Shown here: one piece after another, positions 40,073-53,376 of the stretch
Layout of the letters: every line of letters starts with the position of its first letter
How positions within the stretch are numbered: position 1 is the first letter of the stretch
Assembly: GCA_000165425.1 (NCBI GenBank)
Contig: CT868307.1
Span: forward strand, 124,001 to 188,000
DNA from: Paramecium tetraurelia
Lineage: Eukaryota
Direction: 5' to 3'
DNA: 64,000 nt
Position numbers and translations under genes: made by a program
The notes under the pieces: model-generated
The model's input: the letters and a program-made list of their open reading frames with translations, nothing else
Told to the model about the DNA's origin: nothing
The model's database searches: none

Positions 40073-41210
40073 ATGAGAACAGGAATCTTGGTTTGTTTAG
40101 TATTGAGTGTATTGAGTGTAGAACTCAATATGGAAAGACACTAAGAAGAAGTGATGAGTAAATTAAGAGAATCTAAATGGGCTTCTTTTATTTTAGAGTT
40201 TGCAGAAGTAGAATTGGGAAGTGGAGGTGCTTTGACAGAATTGGTTGAAGCCATCAATTAATTGATTGACTAATTAGAAGAAGAATTAGACGATATTCAT
40301 AATGCTTATTCTAGAAGAACAGATGAACACAATAGAGATGTAACAAGATATGAATAAGAAATTTAAGATGCTGATAGAGGTTAGCATTTTTAATATTATT
40401 AGACATTTTCAATGGTGAAGATTTCATCGATAATGTTCTCATTCCCTAAAAGCAAAGATTCCAAGATGCTTTGGCTTAATTAAAAATAAACATTGAAGAA
40501 AATAGAAGAATACTTGATTAAGAAACAGTCAATAGAAAGAAATAACACGAACAATTCTTATCAAATATTGCTGAAATCAATGAAGCCATCGGTGCTGTTG
40601 ATGAATCCTTAGGACTTTTGTCTTAGATTACTAACCCATCTCTTGTGTAATTCAAGAGAGTTTAATCGAACTTGGGAAGAATCTAAACTTCTTTCTAAAA
40701 TCACTCTTCATTTGCTCCAATCATTAAAGCTTTACTTGAGTTAGCAACTGAATAAAACTTTGCTGATTAAGGTTCTCTCTAATAATTGGTCAAGATTTTC
40801 AATGAATTAAGAGTTCAATTTGTTGACACATTAAATCAAGAAACTGCTGATGAAAGTGCAGCTGAAACCAAATTCAGTGAAAGAGTAGCTTAATTGGAAA
40901 AAGAATTCGCTGAATTCTAAAGAGCAGTTCTTATTAAAAATTCTGAAATTGCTGCAAATGAATGTAATCTATTTGTTATATTCTAGAAAAATTAGGAGAA
41001 ACCATCGTTTATGTCGGATAAAGAAAGGATGACAGAGCTACTTTGTAAGCTTAATTACAAGCTGAAAATGATAACTATGCTGCAGAAACTGATCTCTACA
41101 ATAGAACAGTTGCTGAATACAATAAAGAAATTGAAATCAGTAAGTAAGCACTCGGCTTATTAACATAACCAAGCTTTGAATAATACGTTAAATCCAAAGT
41201 CGGAATTTGA
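40073..41210 (+). CDS. trichocyst matrix protein precursor (T1-like)
   Basis: Signal peptide, [69 protein letters not shown]; two introns. Confidence 0.88.
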
Positions 41211-42824
41211 TTTAAATAACATACCAAAATCAATATATATATATATATTTTCAATCTAATTGTCATAAACTTCCTCATTATTTAATTTAGCCTTTTAATA
41301 CATTTTCCAATTTCTTCACAATATTCTGATTTTGATTTCAATATGTTAAAATCCTTTTCTAATTGATTAGATTTTATTCTATAAAATCAGCACTAATCTA
41401 AAGAGGGTATTTGATGATTCGATCAAATTTTTGTAAGTGTAAATATTTTAGAAATTCTCTACATCTTTTATAACAGTTGATATTTAATGTTTCAAATTTG
41501 TATAACTTATAATCTAGAGATGCTAAGTATTCATTAATTTTTTATTATTTTTAAATCAAATCGGAAATAGTAGAATATATCTTAAGGGTTTATTTACCCA
41601 TTATCAGTGCAAAATGCAGAGGAAGTTATGAATTAATAGAATAAATAATATTCGAAGTATAATTAATTTTATTAATATTATTATTAATAATAGATTGAAG
41701 AAGAATTGCTTTCATAGATCTATTAAATTTTAAATTAAACTTTTTCATTAACTAAGGTTCTAAGGCTTTGATTTAATTTATTGATAATTCTCTCTCTAAT
41801 TTTTGAACATATATGTATATAAAACAAAGTTTTCTAGAATAGTATTCCGATATTTTTTTCAAACAGATTTTGGATTTTCCTTTTAATAGCTTATAATTAA
41901 TAATTGACTAAAAAATAATCATTATTCCTTAAACGAAATGCAGATAAGAAAATTATCTTGCTTTTGAGGAGTTTTATAAATTTTAGCTTTAGTCTTTACC
42001 AAACTAATTGCGATTAAATGAAAGGAATTTCATAGAAGTATTCTATTAATAGATATTAGAAAAGCATTGTTCATCATCATAAAAAACTTGTTCAGAATAT
42101 TTAAATAAGTATTATTCACTAGATATAATTGATAATTGATATCTAAGAAAAATATCAATAATATATATGTCTAATTTTTATTGAGTTATAATTATTTATA
42201 GATAAATAAGTATTCATAAACATCAGCACACGTACTTGTATATTTTTTTGCTTATATTCTATTTATGCTTTTTTCCAAAAAGTTAATAATCTTTTTGTCC
42301 TTAGAATTATTCTATGTAATTAATCTCGTTTATTTCAAGTACTGAAAAGTCATCGATTTTGAATAATTGCAAACCTTTTTATTTATAGTTTTAATATTAT
42401 TCGAAGTTTTCTTCCAATTGGACACTGTTTTCTTTTACCAATTCATTTTAGGTATTTTATTAAAGTGTCGGATTCCATTACTAATTAGAGATATCAAAGT
42501 GATATAGAGTTTTTTTCGATTTACTTTCCTCATTTAAAAATTCTTTTTGAGTTCTCTTGTTCAGCAATGAATCATATTATTAAACCTCATCATCATATTA
42601 TTATTCCCCATAAAAGTCATCATTTGGTTGATTTTATTGCTTTCTAGCTGTTGCTCTTATGTATACTCTTTGATTAATCATTTTAATTTCTAATTAAATT
42701 AATAAATCGCTTGTTAAATTAATTTGCTTATAAAAAAAAAATATTCTACAAATAAAAACATAAAATAGTAATATAGGGAATAATTCTATTTATTTAATAT
42801 AATATCTCTATATTTTATTTCACT

Positions 42825-45285
42825 TCAAATTTTTATCCCTAAACTTCCTAAATAATTCTTCCCATAGTTTTTGGGGTTCTCTTTATAATTATCTTAAAAT
42901 TATAATATATGTGGTTCCGCCAAATCTTCATCTCCCATAATGCCTTCAGGTGAAGAAACTACTGGATCACACAATATAAATTCAGCACCATCAAAATTAC
43001 CTTAAATATTTGAGACCATCAACATTTTTTGAGTGGCCAAATATGTGAAAAGGGAAAAAGCATTAAGATAACTTGTCACTTTCAGATCCTTATCCATAGA
43101 CTCACCTTCCCCATTGAATTTTATGAAGGTTCCTTTTACTAATCTCTCTGCAATATAGTAGTCTAGAAAAAGTGAATAAAATTTTCTTTACTTCCTTCTG
43201 TTTGTAATAAAAAGGGTTCCTTGTATGAAAATTTGCAAGGAGGCTTTTCAGAAGAAGCCTTTTGAATCTTATCTTGGAAATGCTCAGCTAAAACTCTTGC
43301 TATTAGGGAACTTTAAGCAACATAAAGTGCCTTTTCAACAGTCACTATTCTCTCGAAACCAGTCAATTCTTTAACTAAGAAAATCTAATGAGTATAACGA
43401 TCTCCATCACTATTTATGACCTACATCAGAAATCCTTTTCTTTTTGTACCATCACCATTCTACGATAATTAAATTATATTTTACAATTCCTAAACTTCTT
43501 TTGATTTACCAAGTTCCAATTGGTTCTCTAACTACAAATTATGATATATTAGGTTCCTAAGATTTAGTTAAACTCTCTATTGCTTTATTTGTATCCACCC
43601 TAATTAATTCAACTTGAGCGGTGTAATCATTAGTCATTATATTCTCATTCTTTAAAAATTCAAAAGGATTTGACATATTTCTAAAAACAGCCTCCGTGGG
43701 TGAAATTATTTTACCATCTCCTACCTTTCTAAGTGCATTCTCTTTAATTCTTTTGGCTAATTAAACTCTTTTGTGTTCTTCAATTTTTAGTTTTTCCTTC
43801 TCTTTGTCTAATTAATTAAATAATTTTTAGATTTCCTAGTTTGCCTTCTGCATGCTTGAATTGTATGTTTCATTTAAATTATTTAACTAGTTTTCCAATT
43901 TCATAATTATAGCTCCCTTTTATTAAATTTCATCTTATAATTAATCTTTTGTTCTTCTGAGTTCTTCTCTTTATTTTTTGATATCACCTTCCAACTAAAG
44001 AATTTTATCTTATTTTTCCTCCTCTGATTTATTCATCTTGTTTAATTATGCATCCTTTGAGTTTTTGATATCTTTTATAACATGATCTTTTCTTTCTATT
44101 TCTTATTATTAATCCTTAGCTTCTTCTCTTAATTTATTAACAGTTTTTAATTAAAAACTCAACTCTGCCTCTACTTCACCTAATTTCCTTTGAATTTCCA
44201 TATATCTAGAAGTTTGATCAGAAATATCTTTCTTTTATTGAGATATTATATCTTTGTATTATTGACACTTTTCTTCTGATCTTCTTAATTCTTCCTTCAG
44301 ATTTTCTATCTCCTGCTCTGCGAAACTTCGTGCTTAATTCAATTCTTCATTTTTTTATTATAGTTTATTCTTGAATTCTTAACATTGCATCTAAAACTAA
44401 ACTGCCCTCTCTTTGTCTTTTTTTCTTTCAAATTATTCTTCTTAGTACTATCTTTTGAGATTCTCAAAATCCCTTTTTACTTCATTTATTTAACTATCAT
44501 TGACAATAGTAGATTTCTATCTTCCCATTTCGTTTTCTCTTTTAAATTATTCTTCATTGAAATTCTTCTCTACTTCAATTGCTTTTATTTGATATTTCAA
44601 TTCTTCTATTTGATTATCTTTTTACAAAATTTCATTTTTCAAATTGTTATTAGTAGACATCATATCTTTATATTTTTAAATAATTTCTGCTCTCTACTCC
44701 TCCTCCTATTTCACTTTGTCATCACACCATTTTTTTATATTTAATTATTCATTCTTTAACTCTTTAATTTCTTAAAGTTTATCATCTAATTCATTTTGAT
44801 CCAATTTGGCTTTGTTTTCTTATCTAAAAATTTCTTCTTTTAATTTTTTTATTTCATTTTCTAACTTTTCTACCTTTCCTTCCTTATTCTATTGCTATCC
44901 CATTACTTATTAAGCTGCTTAATAAAATTATGCTCCACCTGCAGATCCTCCCTATACTACCTTCTTGATTAAATCGGATGTCAAATACAACTCTATTTCA
45001 TTCTGATCCTTGTTCTAAAATAGTCTATTTTTTTATATATTTATTCTTACTTTGATACTCTATCGTCTTCATGCACTACTAAATTTTTGGATTTAGAATA
45101 AAATACAAACTCATCTTGATTATACCCTTTTAAAGAATCTGAAAATATATTTATCTAAAAATTAAATTACCTGCAACTTTTTTTTTAGCTTTTAAATAAA
45201 ATAAATCAGCCTCAACAGTTTCTAATAGTATGGGACTATCTTGACCTGGAACATTGATAGGCTGAATCTTAATTATTCTTTTCAT
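42825..45285 (-). CDS. alpha-kinase (eEF2K/MHCK family) domain protein with N-terminal small domain and long coiled coil; probable pseudokinase
   Basis: FLVKE, Q..IARVLAEHF, YYIAERLVKGTFIKFN, AFSLFTY, LMVSNIQG, LCDP; several tiny introns. Confidence 0.82.
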
Positions 45286-45333
45286 GTATTTGATTTATAT
45301 TTAATATTTAAAATAATTAGATAATTAAACTTT

Positions 45334-47285
45334 TCAATAGATTTGAGGATGTATTTGCAAACAGTAAAAATTCATATGTTTCATATCCTTTTTGAATAAC
45401 TTGAGATTTTTTATGCAAAAATCGAATTCCCTTTAAATTGATCCACTAATTTCTATATGATCTCACTACTTGAATGAACACTATTGTTAAAATTCTAAGT
45501 AGTTGCCTAATGAGTTGAATTATTTTCAGCACTAAAATCTGATGTTCGATTATAGAAATGTTATTTTTTATCATCCAACCACTATTTTTAATAAGTAGAA
45601 ACATTATTAGAATTTCTAATAAAATCTCAAATAATTTTACTTTGGGGAATTCAGGAACTTTAACGATGGAGAAACATTTTCAGATCGGCTTTGGGGAGAA
45701 TTTTATGATTTTAATTATTTTCTTAAATATAAATTTATTGTTACTTTGTGCCCTCCTATTTCTACTTTAATGTTTCCTTGATATTCTTAATACTTGATGT
45801 AGAGTTTATTTAGAGCGAACGTATAAATTAAGATTACATTCTTTATGTATCTGTTTGAGAAGAATTATCTAAGTGAGAATGATATCATACTTAGTTTTGA
45901 TTGCAATTCTATAATTTTTTAATTCTGCTGTTTAATTTACTCTTATTATTTTTAAGTCAATTCAATTAATTCTTGTTTTTCTTACATAATTCCTTTGATT
46001 TATAGAGTCAACTCATTAATTTTCTAATCGTTTGCACTTTCATTGTTTCTCTTGTGGATAAATTAATCATGATCATGAAATATTCTGTTTAGTTGTCCTC
46101 TAATTTATTTAATCTCTCCCAATTCAGTTTTTAGTGTTGATATCAAGGTCTGATGTTCATCAATTTTTTCTTCTTCTTCAATATTAACCATTAATTTAAC
46201 TTTGCTTTCTAGTATTTAAAGAAGATCACATAAGTTTTTTTGATTTAGATCAATTTACTAATCAATCTTTTTAATGATTTTGATTAATTTAGAATGGACA
46301 ATTTCGTACTAGACTTAAGAAAGGCATACATCTGTTTAATTTTTGTTTTATTATTCATTAAATGACTATGATAAGATTGGATATTTAAATTATTACTGAT
46401 AAGATTATTGTTAAGATTGATGATTGTATGAGAATTGTATTTGTGATTTCGACAATTATTATCCTTAATTATCATCATGTGGAATCTATTATTTGATGAT
46501 ATGAATTTATTATTTAGCAGTATTCAAATCATTTTTAAGAGTAGCAATTTAGTTTTTATAATTAAGCTCTAAATCTTAAAATTATTCATTTAACGATGTT
46601 AACTTGTATTCTGTTTCCATTTGCAATTCAATATACTTTACTTTCTCTTAACTAGATTTCTTTTTTAGAATGAAGTTTTCTTTCTCCAATTCTTGAACTT
46701 TAGATTCCAAGATACTTATGTGTTCTTTTAACTATTATAATTCAAAATTGGATATATTACTTCTTCTATCAACTTGCTGCCATCAATGTTGTGAATGGAC
46801 ACCGCATTAGTTTCAGAAGATTTCTTACTAATTTTCAATTACTAACTGTTTACTATGCTCATATTATCAAGGATAATCTCTGGATTGGACACCTTAGACT
46901 TCTTAAATAGTATTAAATGAGATACATTATGGATATTACTGGGTGTAAGTTCCTCGGGAATTTCAGAGAGAGGGTTGTTTAAGGAAGATCGGTTAAAGGG
47001 AACCTCATCTTCTTCATGATGCATTCCCATTATTTACGAATGAGTTAGGAAGGCTACTCTAGGAGAGGATACATCAATTTAGGTTTTTGGGGTTGTTTCT
47101 GTTTGTACTTGCACTTCCTCAATTTCAGGATGTTCAATTTATCTCACTGCTGTTTTAGGTGTTTCTTTTTATTGTAAATCCAAATAGGTTGGGTATACTA
47201 CTCTGTATGGTATATCAATGTCGAGTTCTCTTTTAATGTATAATGGCGATTATTCCTCATCTTATATCATATCGACTTGATCCAT
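45334..47285 (-). CDS. hypothetical coiled-coil / low-complexity protein
   Basis: ATG 47285 MDQVDMIQDEEQSP..., code-6 frame with introns (~46638, ~45890); TGA 45334. Confidence 0.6.
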
Positions 47286-47438
47286 TTAATGATTATAAAA
47301 ATTAAATATACTCGATTGTTAGTAAATAAGGATAGATAATTGAGAACATAATAATGTTTTTGTTGAGGGTTTTCCATATGGATTTTAGTGTTAAAAGTAT
47401 TTAAATAGATAGGTATTTAATACAATCAATTAAATTAA

Positions 47439-49944
47439 ATGGGAGCAAACTAGAGTCAACAATAGGGGCAATAGGAGAAGAAGAAACTCAGAAAAAGAGA
47501 TTATCTGATTGGAATGTGCATGAGCCAATTGGCATCAAAAGAAATAAGTGAAAATTCAAAGCTAAGAAAGAGTCTATCTGAAAACATGAAATAATAAAGT
47601 CAAGATATCCTGACGTATTATGAAATGCAGATATTTTAGAAAAATGAGTGAGGAAGAGATGCCTAATTATTCAATTAAAATCTTGCAGTATTTCTTAAAT
47701 TTTTTGACATTACGAGAATGTTTTTAACTTAAGCTTGTGAACAAAAAACTAAAATTCTTGGTAGAGATGAGCAGTAACATCTACTCGAACTTTCTCAGTT
47801 AATTCTATTTACGAAAGCTGCAGCTCCGATGTTTTGTAGAATATGGATTAAATTAGAGATTTCTTTCCGTATACTACTCTTAATTGTTATGTATCGAAAC
47901 CAACTAAGATGAATCCTGGATTCGGATATATCTGAGCTTCCAGAAAAGCCTGTAAAATTTAATGACTATCAATTAGATAATAAATGAGAATCATAGAAGA
48001 AGAGATATAAAAGACTTTCAATATTGAATATCCACTGGTTGATAAAATCTTGGACATAGGCCGTAATCCAGTTATGCCAATCCCTTTATTGACAGACGAT
48101 GTTCTCAAGTAATGCACAACCAGCTGGTTTTAATTGGAGTTGGCCTAAAGAACCTATGATTCAACAACAGTGGAGAAAGTTCCTTTGCTTGATGAACTAA
48201 CGGAGAAGCTCTATTAAGATTGTCTGGCTAAATTTGATGTCAAAAACATGAAACACACCTAATTACTATTTGAATTGAGATGGGTTGTGATTGACAATTT
48301 TCTCAAAGATCCTACCATTTTAGACTCTGAGAATATACCCCTTTTATTGAGGTTCTTGCTTTAAATATTCCATTTCATTTATTAAAGATGCCTATTTAGT
48401 AGAAATGTTTTGGCGATTACTAAGACAGAAAAGAACCCACCCATGTTTCTTAATATTTATACTATTTTATGGGAATCTTATGTTGGTATGATGTGGGCAT
48501 TGAATAGAGCCTTGAAGAAAATATTTAAGAAAATAGACTTGATATTTGAAGAATATTTTACTACTAACTTCCCTTAAATCACATTCACCAGCGCTCTTGC
48601 TAGACTGTGGTCATAAATTGTTATAAAAGGTACCAAAAATTCATAATTGGATTCAATTGAAAATGAATTGTTTACATCATTTGAAAATCTGTTAAAATAA
48701 AAAAGAGTGATCTTATAATAATTCTATATAAAGGACCATTGCACAATTGAATAGTAAATAAACGGGTCAAGATAAAATGATGACTTTTTTAAATACTGTC
48801 CAAGTGCTGTAAATTTTCTTTTAAATAAATTCACTTCCAATATTCTTGATTTGTCTCTGCATGAATAAAGCATAAATTGGATTGGACACTCAAATGTGAA
48901 AGTGGGTTCTCTCTATGGAAAAATATTGGACATAGTAATCTCATAAGCAAATGAACTATATAGCAAAACATCCGAACAGCTATCCACTGATTACCAAGTG
49001 TTCAAAGATTATATTATAGGTATCTATATCTAATATTATTTTGCAAAGCCGATTCTAACTTTATGCAAGAAATTCTGAATCAATGGACAGTATAAGTGTG
49101 TTTACTACCTCGAGGAATTGAATATCTTTATGAAAAAGTTAAAATCAATCTCAGACAACACGTAGTCTCATACCAATTAAATTAATCTATAGCAGAATCT
49201 ACTCATCATCATTTTGAAGATAGCATTTTGGAATCTAAAATAATTGGAAACAACGTTTAGTAATTGCAATTGAATGATATAGAAGAAATTACATAGCGCT
49301 TTGAGAAAGATGATTCATTTCTAGAAAGTGTTATCTGTGAAATTTTAAAGGAAGAAAAGATTCATTTAAATGAATAAGATTAATCTCATAATGTTACACA
49401 TCCGCAGTAGTCTGTTATACAACAATCTTCATACTATCAATACTCATCTGCCAAACAATAAAGCATTCTTGAAGGCGATTACAATAAAGTTAGAATGCTA
49501 TCAACATTCACTTCAAGCACTAGAGTTAGTTAGATTACTCAATTAACTAGTGTGTATAGTTAGTAGATTATGTCTTCCTACAAATCCAATTCAAATATGA
49601 GTTTAATTAAAGATATCAAACTTAAAATAGAATAAAATCAATGGGCTATGCATCTAAAAGAAATTTACAATATTGAAATTGAAAACTAAATGAAAATTGA
49701 AAAAAGAAACAATTAAATTCTAATGAGAAATACCGTTAAGAAAATACCTCAAGAATTGGAAGAACAGTTCAATAGTAACAGAGAATTCACTAAGGTTTGG
49801 TCTTTAGAAGACACCATGTCATTATTTGAGTCCAAAAATAGGCTAGACCAATAAGAGGAGGGAACCAATTCAGATAGGAACTTTAGTGAAATGAAGATTG
49901 GACAAGGATTACTTGCCTCTTATTTCATATAAAATTAGAAATGA
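47439..49944 (+). CDS. F-box-like + cullin-repeat-like protein with N-terminal Gly2
   Basis: MGANQS; MPNYSIKILQYFLNFLTLRECFQLKLVNKKLKFLV; FLNIYTILWESY...LARLWSQIV...LFTSFENLLKQKR; TGA 49942. Confidence 0.7.
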
Positions 49945-50000
49945 GTAATTGTATTACGTCTGATTGTATAAATAATTAATTTCTATATTTAGTATTTTAA

Positions 50001-51395
50001 TCATTTAATTAATTCTTATTATTACAACTTTGGAGACAATTGCATCTCTTAGTCTGAAAATATTGGATAAATTGCATGTTTTATGTTGTTATTCTTTTAA
50101 TTATTCTGTTACTAACTTTGATCCTTTATCTCAGTGTATTGAGAGATTGATTCCTGCAGTTTCTTATGGGCCACAAAAAAAGGCTGATTTCTTTAATTTA
50201 AGATTCTTCCAGAATAAGGTTATTAGATTTGAATAGGAGATTTCAATTTAGAACTTTGAGGAGTCTATAGCTTCAGTTAACGACAGGACCTGTATTAGCA
50301 AATATAATATACTCTGGAATTGAATTAATCTTACTATCAATTATACTGCTTTATATATCTCTGATTATTTGGTTATTCTCTTCAAACCAAAAGGGCTATT
50401 TCACAATGTTTTAACTATCAAAGTACTTTCTATTATTATATATCCACTTTATACTCTTTGTAGAATTAGTTGTTGCCCAATATACCTATTATAATGATTA
50501 TAGTTATTAGAGTGGCAAGAAACGAAATGAATCTAGTATTTTGCATATCTATCATGAATTGTATTAATATATATATGTATACCTCTAAAGTTGCAAATTT
50601 GTACATCACCATAGCATCATTCCAAAGCACACAACAGATCTCTACATAGATGCTTTTGACATCCTATTATTCTATCTAACAAACCCCTAGACTCAAATTC
50701 AATATTTGTATGCATTGATTCAATAAATTTAGCAATTTAAATAAATAGAGGATCTTCTAATCTATTGTTATATATCCAGTTTTATTTGATAAATGATTTT
50801 CTAGCTTCTTCTATTAATACTCACGATATTGAAGGTTAGTATCCTTAAAGTTAGATTATTTCTTGAACATTTTGAATTAGTTAATTTGATTTTCTCTTGT
50901 TGATTCAGTGTAATTTGTATAAGTAACCTCCTAATCAAAGATTGGATATTGTCCAATTTTACAAGAGTAGAACAATTTCAAATTCTAAGCCAACTTGAAT
51001 AGGTACATCAAATAATTCTACACAAATTGTCCATGACTCTGATTCTCAATTACTTACAACTTATAATCTCTTGATATCATCTCTTCAGCCACAATTTCCC
51101 CTATTTGGAACTCATATAAAACCAAATGGATTGTTAATGAAATTTTTACTGCCATCAACCCACTCAAAGGTTTTTAAGATAGTTCCTGAAAAAATTGTTA
51201 TAAATATTCTTGTCCTGTCAAATAAATTCCTTGACATTCTGGCCCATAACCTTCAAAACATTCAATTAAATATAGAATATCTGTCATCAAAATTACTGGA
51301 GTATTATTCATTAATGAACTTGAATTAAACTTCTATAAAAATGGAGTGTTTCCTTTCCCAATCAATGAGTTGATGTAGTTAGAAAATTTCTTCAT
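50001..51395 (-). CDS. ANTH/ENTH-like domain protein (tentative)
   Basis: LMAVKISLTIHLVL resembles the ANTH K-x-L-x-x-x-H helix; later LWNDAMVMYK; introns; TGA 50001. Confidence 0.45.
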
Positions 51396-52567
51396 ATTTT
51401 TAATTAATTAATCTCATTTATTTATGAAAAAAATTTATAGATTTCTAGATATATTTATAAGGAGAACATTCACACTGTAGTCTTTTATTTGGATTCTTAA
51501 AATACAAATTAATTGAAAACAATCTCATCAAAGAACTACTGCCCTCTTTCATTCTAAGATTGTATTAGTCCTCATATCTGTAAACACTGAATAAGTTTGC
51601 ATATTCTAATGTTAAATTTAATAATCTATTTACTATAACCCTTCGATATTTATTTTCTAAATATGATTTAAGATTTTCAATTTTCTATTTAGTTTTTAAT
51701 TTTTCTCTCATTTCTTATTAAAATATTAAGTTTTAGTTTTGACCCAGAAATCTTGATTAATTAGTATGAATATCATATATAAATCCTTCTACATTTACCA
51801 ATTTTAGAACTTAGAATATTCTTAAAATAATATCAATTTTTTGAATTTGCCAATGCAAAATCGAATAATTTAATTCATTTTTTACATTACAATGTTTCAA
51901 AGCATTAAATTTTTATCTATACTACATCTCATGAAATGATTTAAGATTTCAAGAATATAATATTGAATTGAAAATATCTAATGAGATTATATTGAATATT
52001 AGGATGTGGATTGATTATATATTAATATCTAAATCATATTATAATAATTCAAAGTTTATCAATAATTACTTGGGCAAATCTTATGGAATAAACTAGTTTT
52101 TTGCATTAATATTCAAAACTTATCCACTTATTTATGAGAAATTAAACTTCAGTATTGAAAGTAAAATATTTGTAATTGAGTTTTAAATAGATAGCATGCT
52201 AGTTAAATTTCATAGAATTGAAATTTCATTATAATTTAGATATAAAAAATTGTGAGTCCTTTAAGAATTATAATTATTCCTCGAATCTTGGTATACTCAT
52301 TGTCTTGTAAATGAGAAAATATCATAAAGGTAACAATATGACGCATAAATTCTTCCTGCTTATTGAACATTATTAATTAAAACTAATGATATTAGTTTTA
52401 ATGAGTATATTATCTTAAATTTTATTGTTCCTTTTAATAGATTTCAATGAATATCTCAAGATTTTCAATTAGTAGAATTATATAACTAATGCATGCATAA
52501 ATGAATATAATAGATGATTTAAGGATCGTTTAATATGGAATTTTAAAATATAAAAATAAAATAAATA

Positions 52568-53269
52568 ATGCAAGGTTCTTAGGAGTCAACTTAAATTAAA
52601 TTAGTCGTAGTAGGAGATGGAAGTGTCGGAAAGACATGCATACTTTTGAGGTAAGAATAAATAATAGGAGTATAGTTACACAACAGATAAATTTCCCACA
52701 GAATATGTTCCTACAGTATTTGATAATTACACTACGCAATTAACTGTTGACAATTAGATGGTAAATTTGAGTTTATGGGACACAGCAGGTCAAGAAACAT
52801 ACAATAGACTAAGAACTTTATCATATGGATCAGCAGATATATTCCTCATAGTATTTTCTGTGGCAGATAGCAGTTCATTTGATAATGTTTTGAGCAAGGT
52901 AATATGATTTAATGATTTTAAAGTGGTACCCTGAGTTAAATCACGATGAATTATAAAAAGTCCCAAAAATCATTGTTGGTAATAAAATAGATATGAGAGA
53001 GGAGAACAATAGCAAACACATTAAAAAGGCTTCTGTAATGATACATTATTTATTTGTAGGCTGAGCAAGTTTTATAAAATCAAAACCTGCAATATTATGA
53101 ATGTTCTGCATTAACTTAGGAAGGTTTGAAGGTTGTATTTGATGAAGCTGTGAAAGAAGCATTGAAAGCCAAAAATGCGAATAAATCAGTGAATAAGACT
53201 GGAAATTAAAAATAGGAGATAAGTAATGGAACCCAAAAGAAGGAGGAACCATGTTGTAGCATTTATTGA
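52568..53269 (+). CDS. Rho/Rac family small GTPase
   Basis: [41 protein letters not shown]-terminal CCSIY; three introns. Confidence 0.95.
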
Positions 53270-53376
53270 CAATTTGATTTACATAAGTGATATCATCCAT
53301 ATTTAAATGAAAATTAGTTTTCTATTACTAAAAAGGCGAAAAATAAAGCACATGTGGTACATTATACATAAATAAA

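Noticed and set aside
41215..42820. Intact transmembrane protein gene
   Set aside because: Only fragmentary frames with multiple TGAs; treated as a decayed gap
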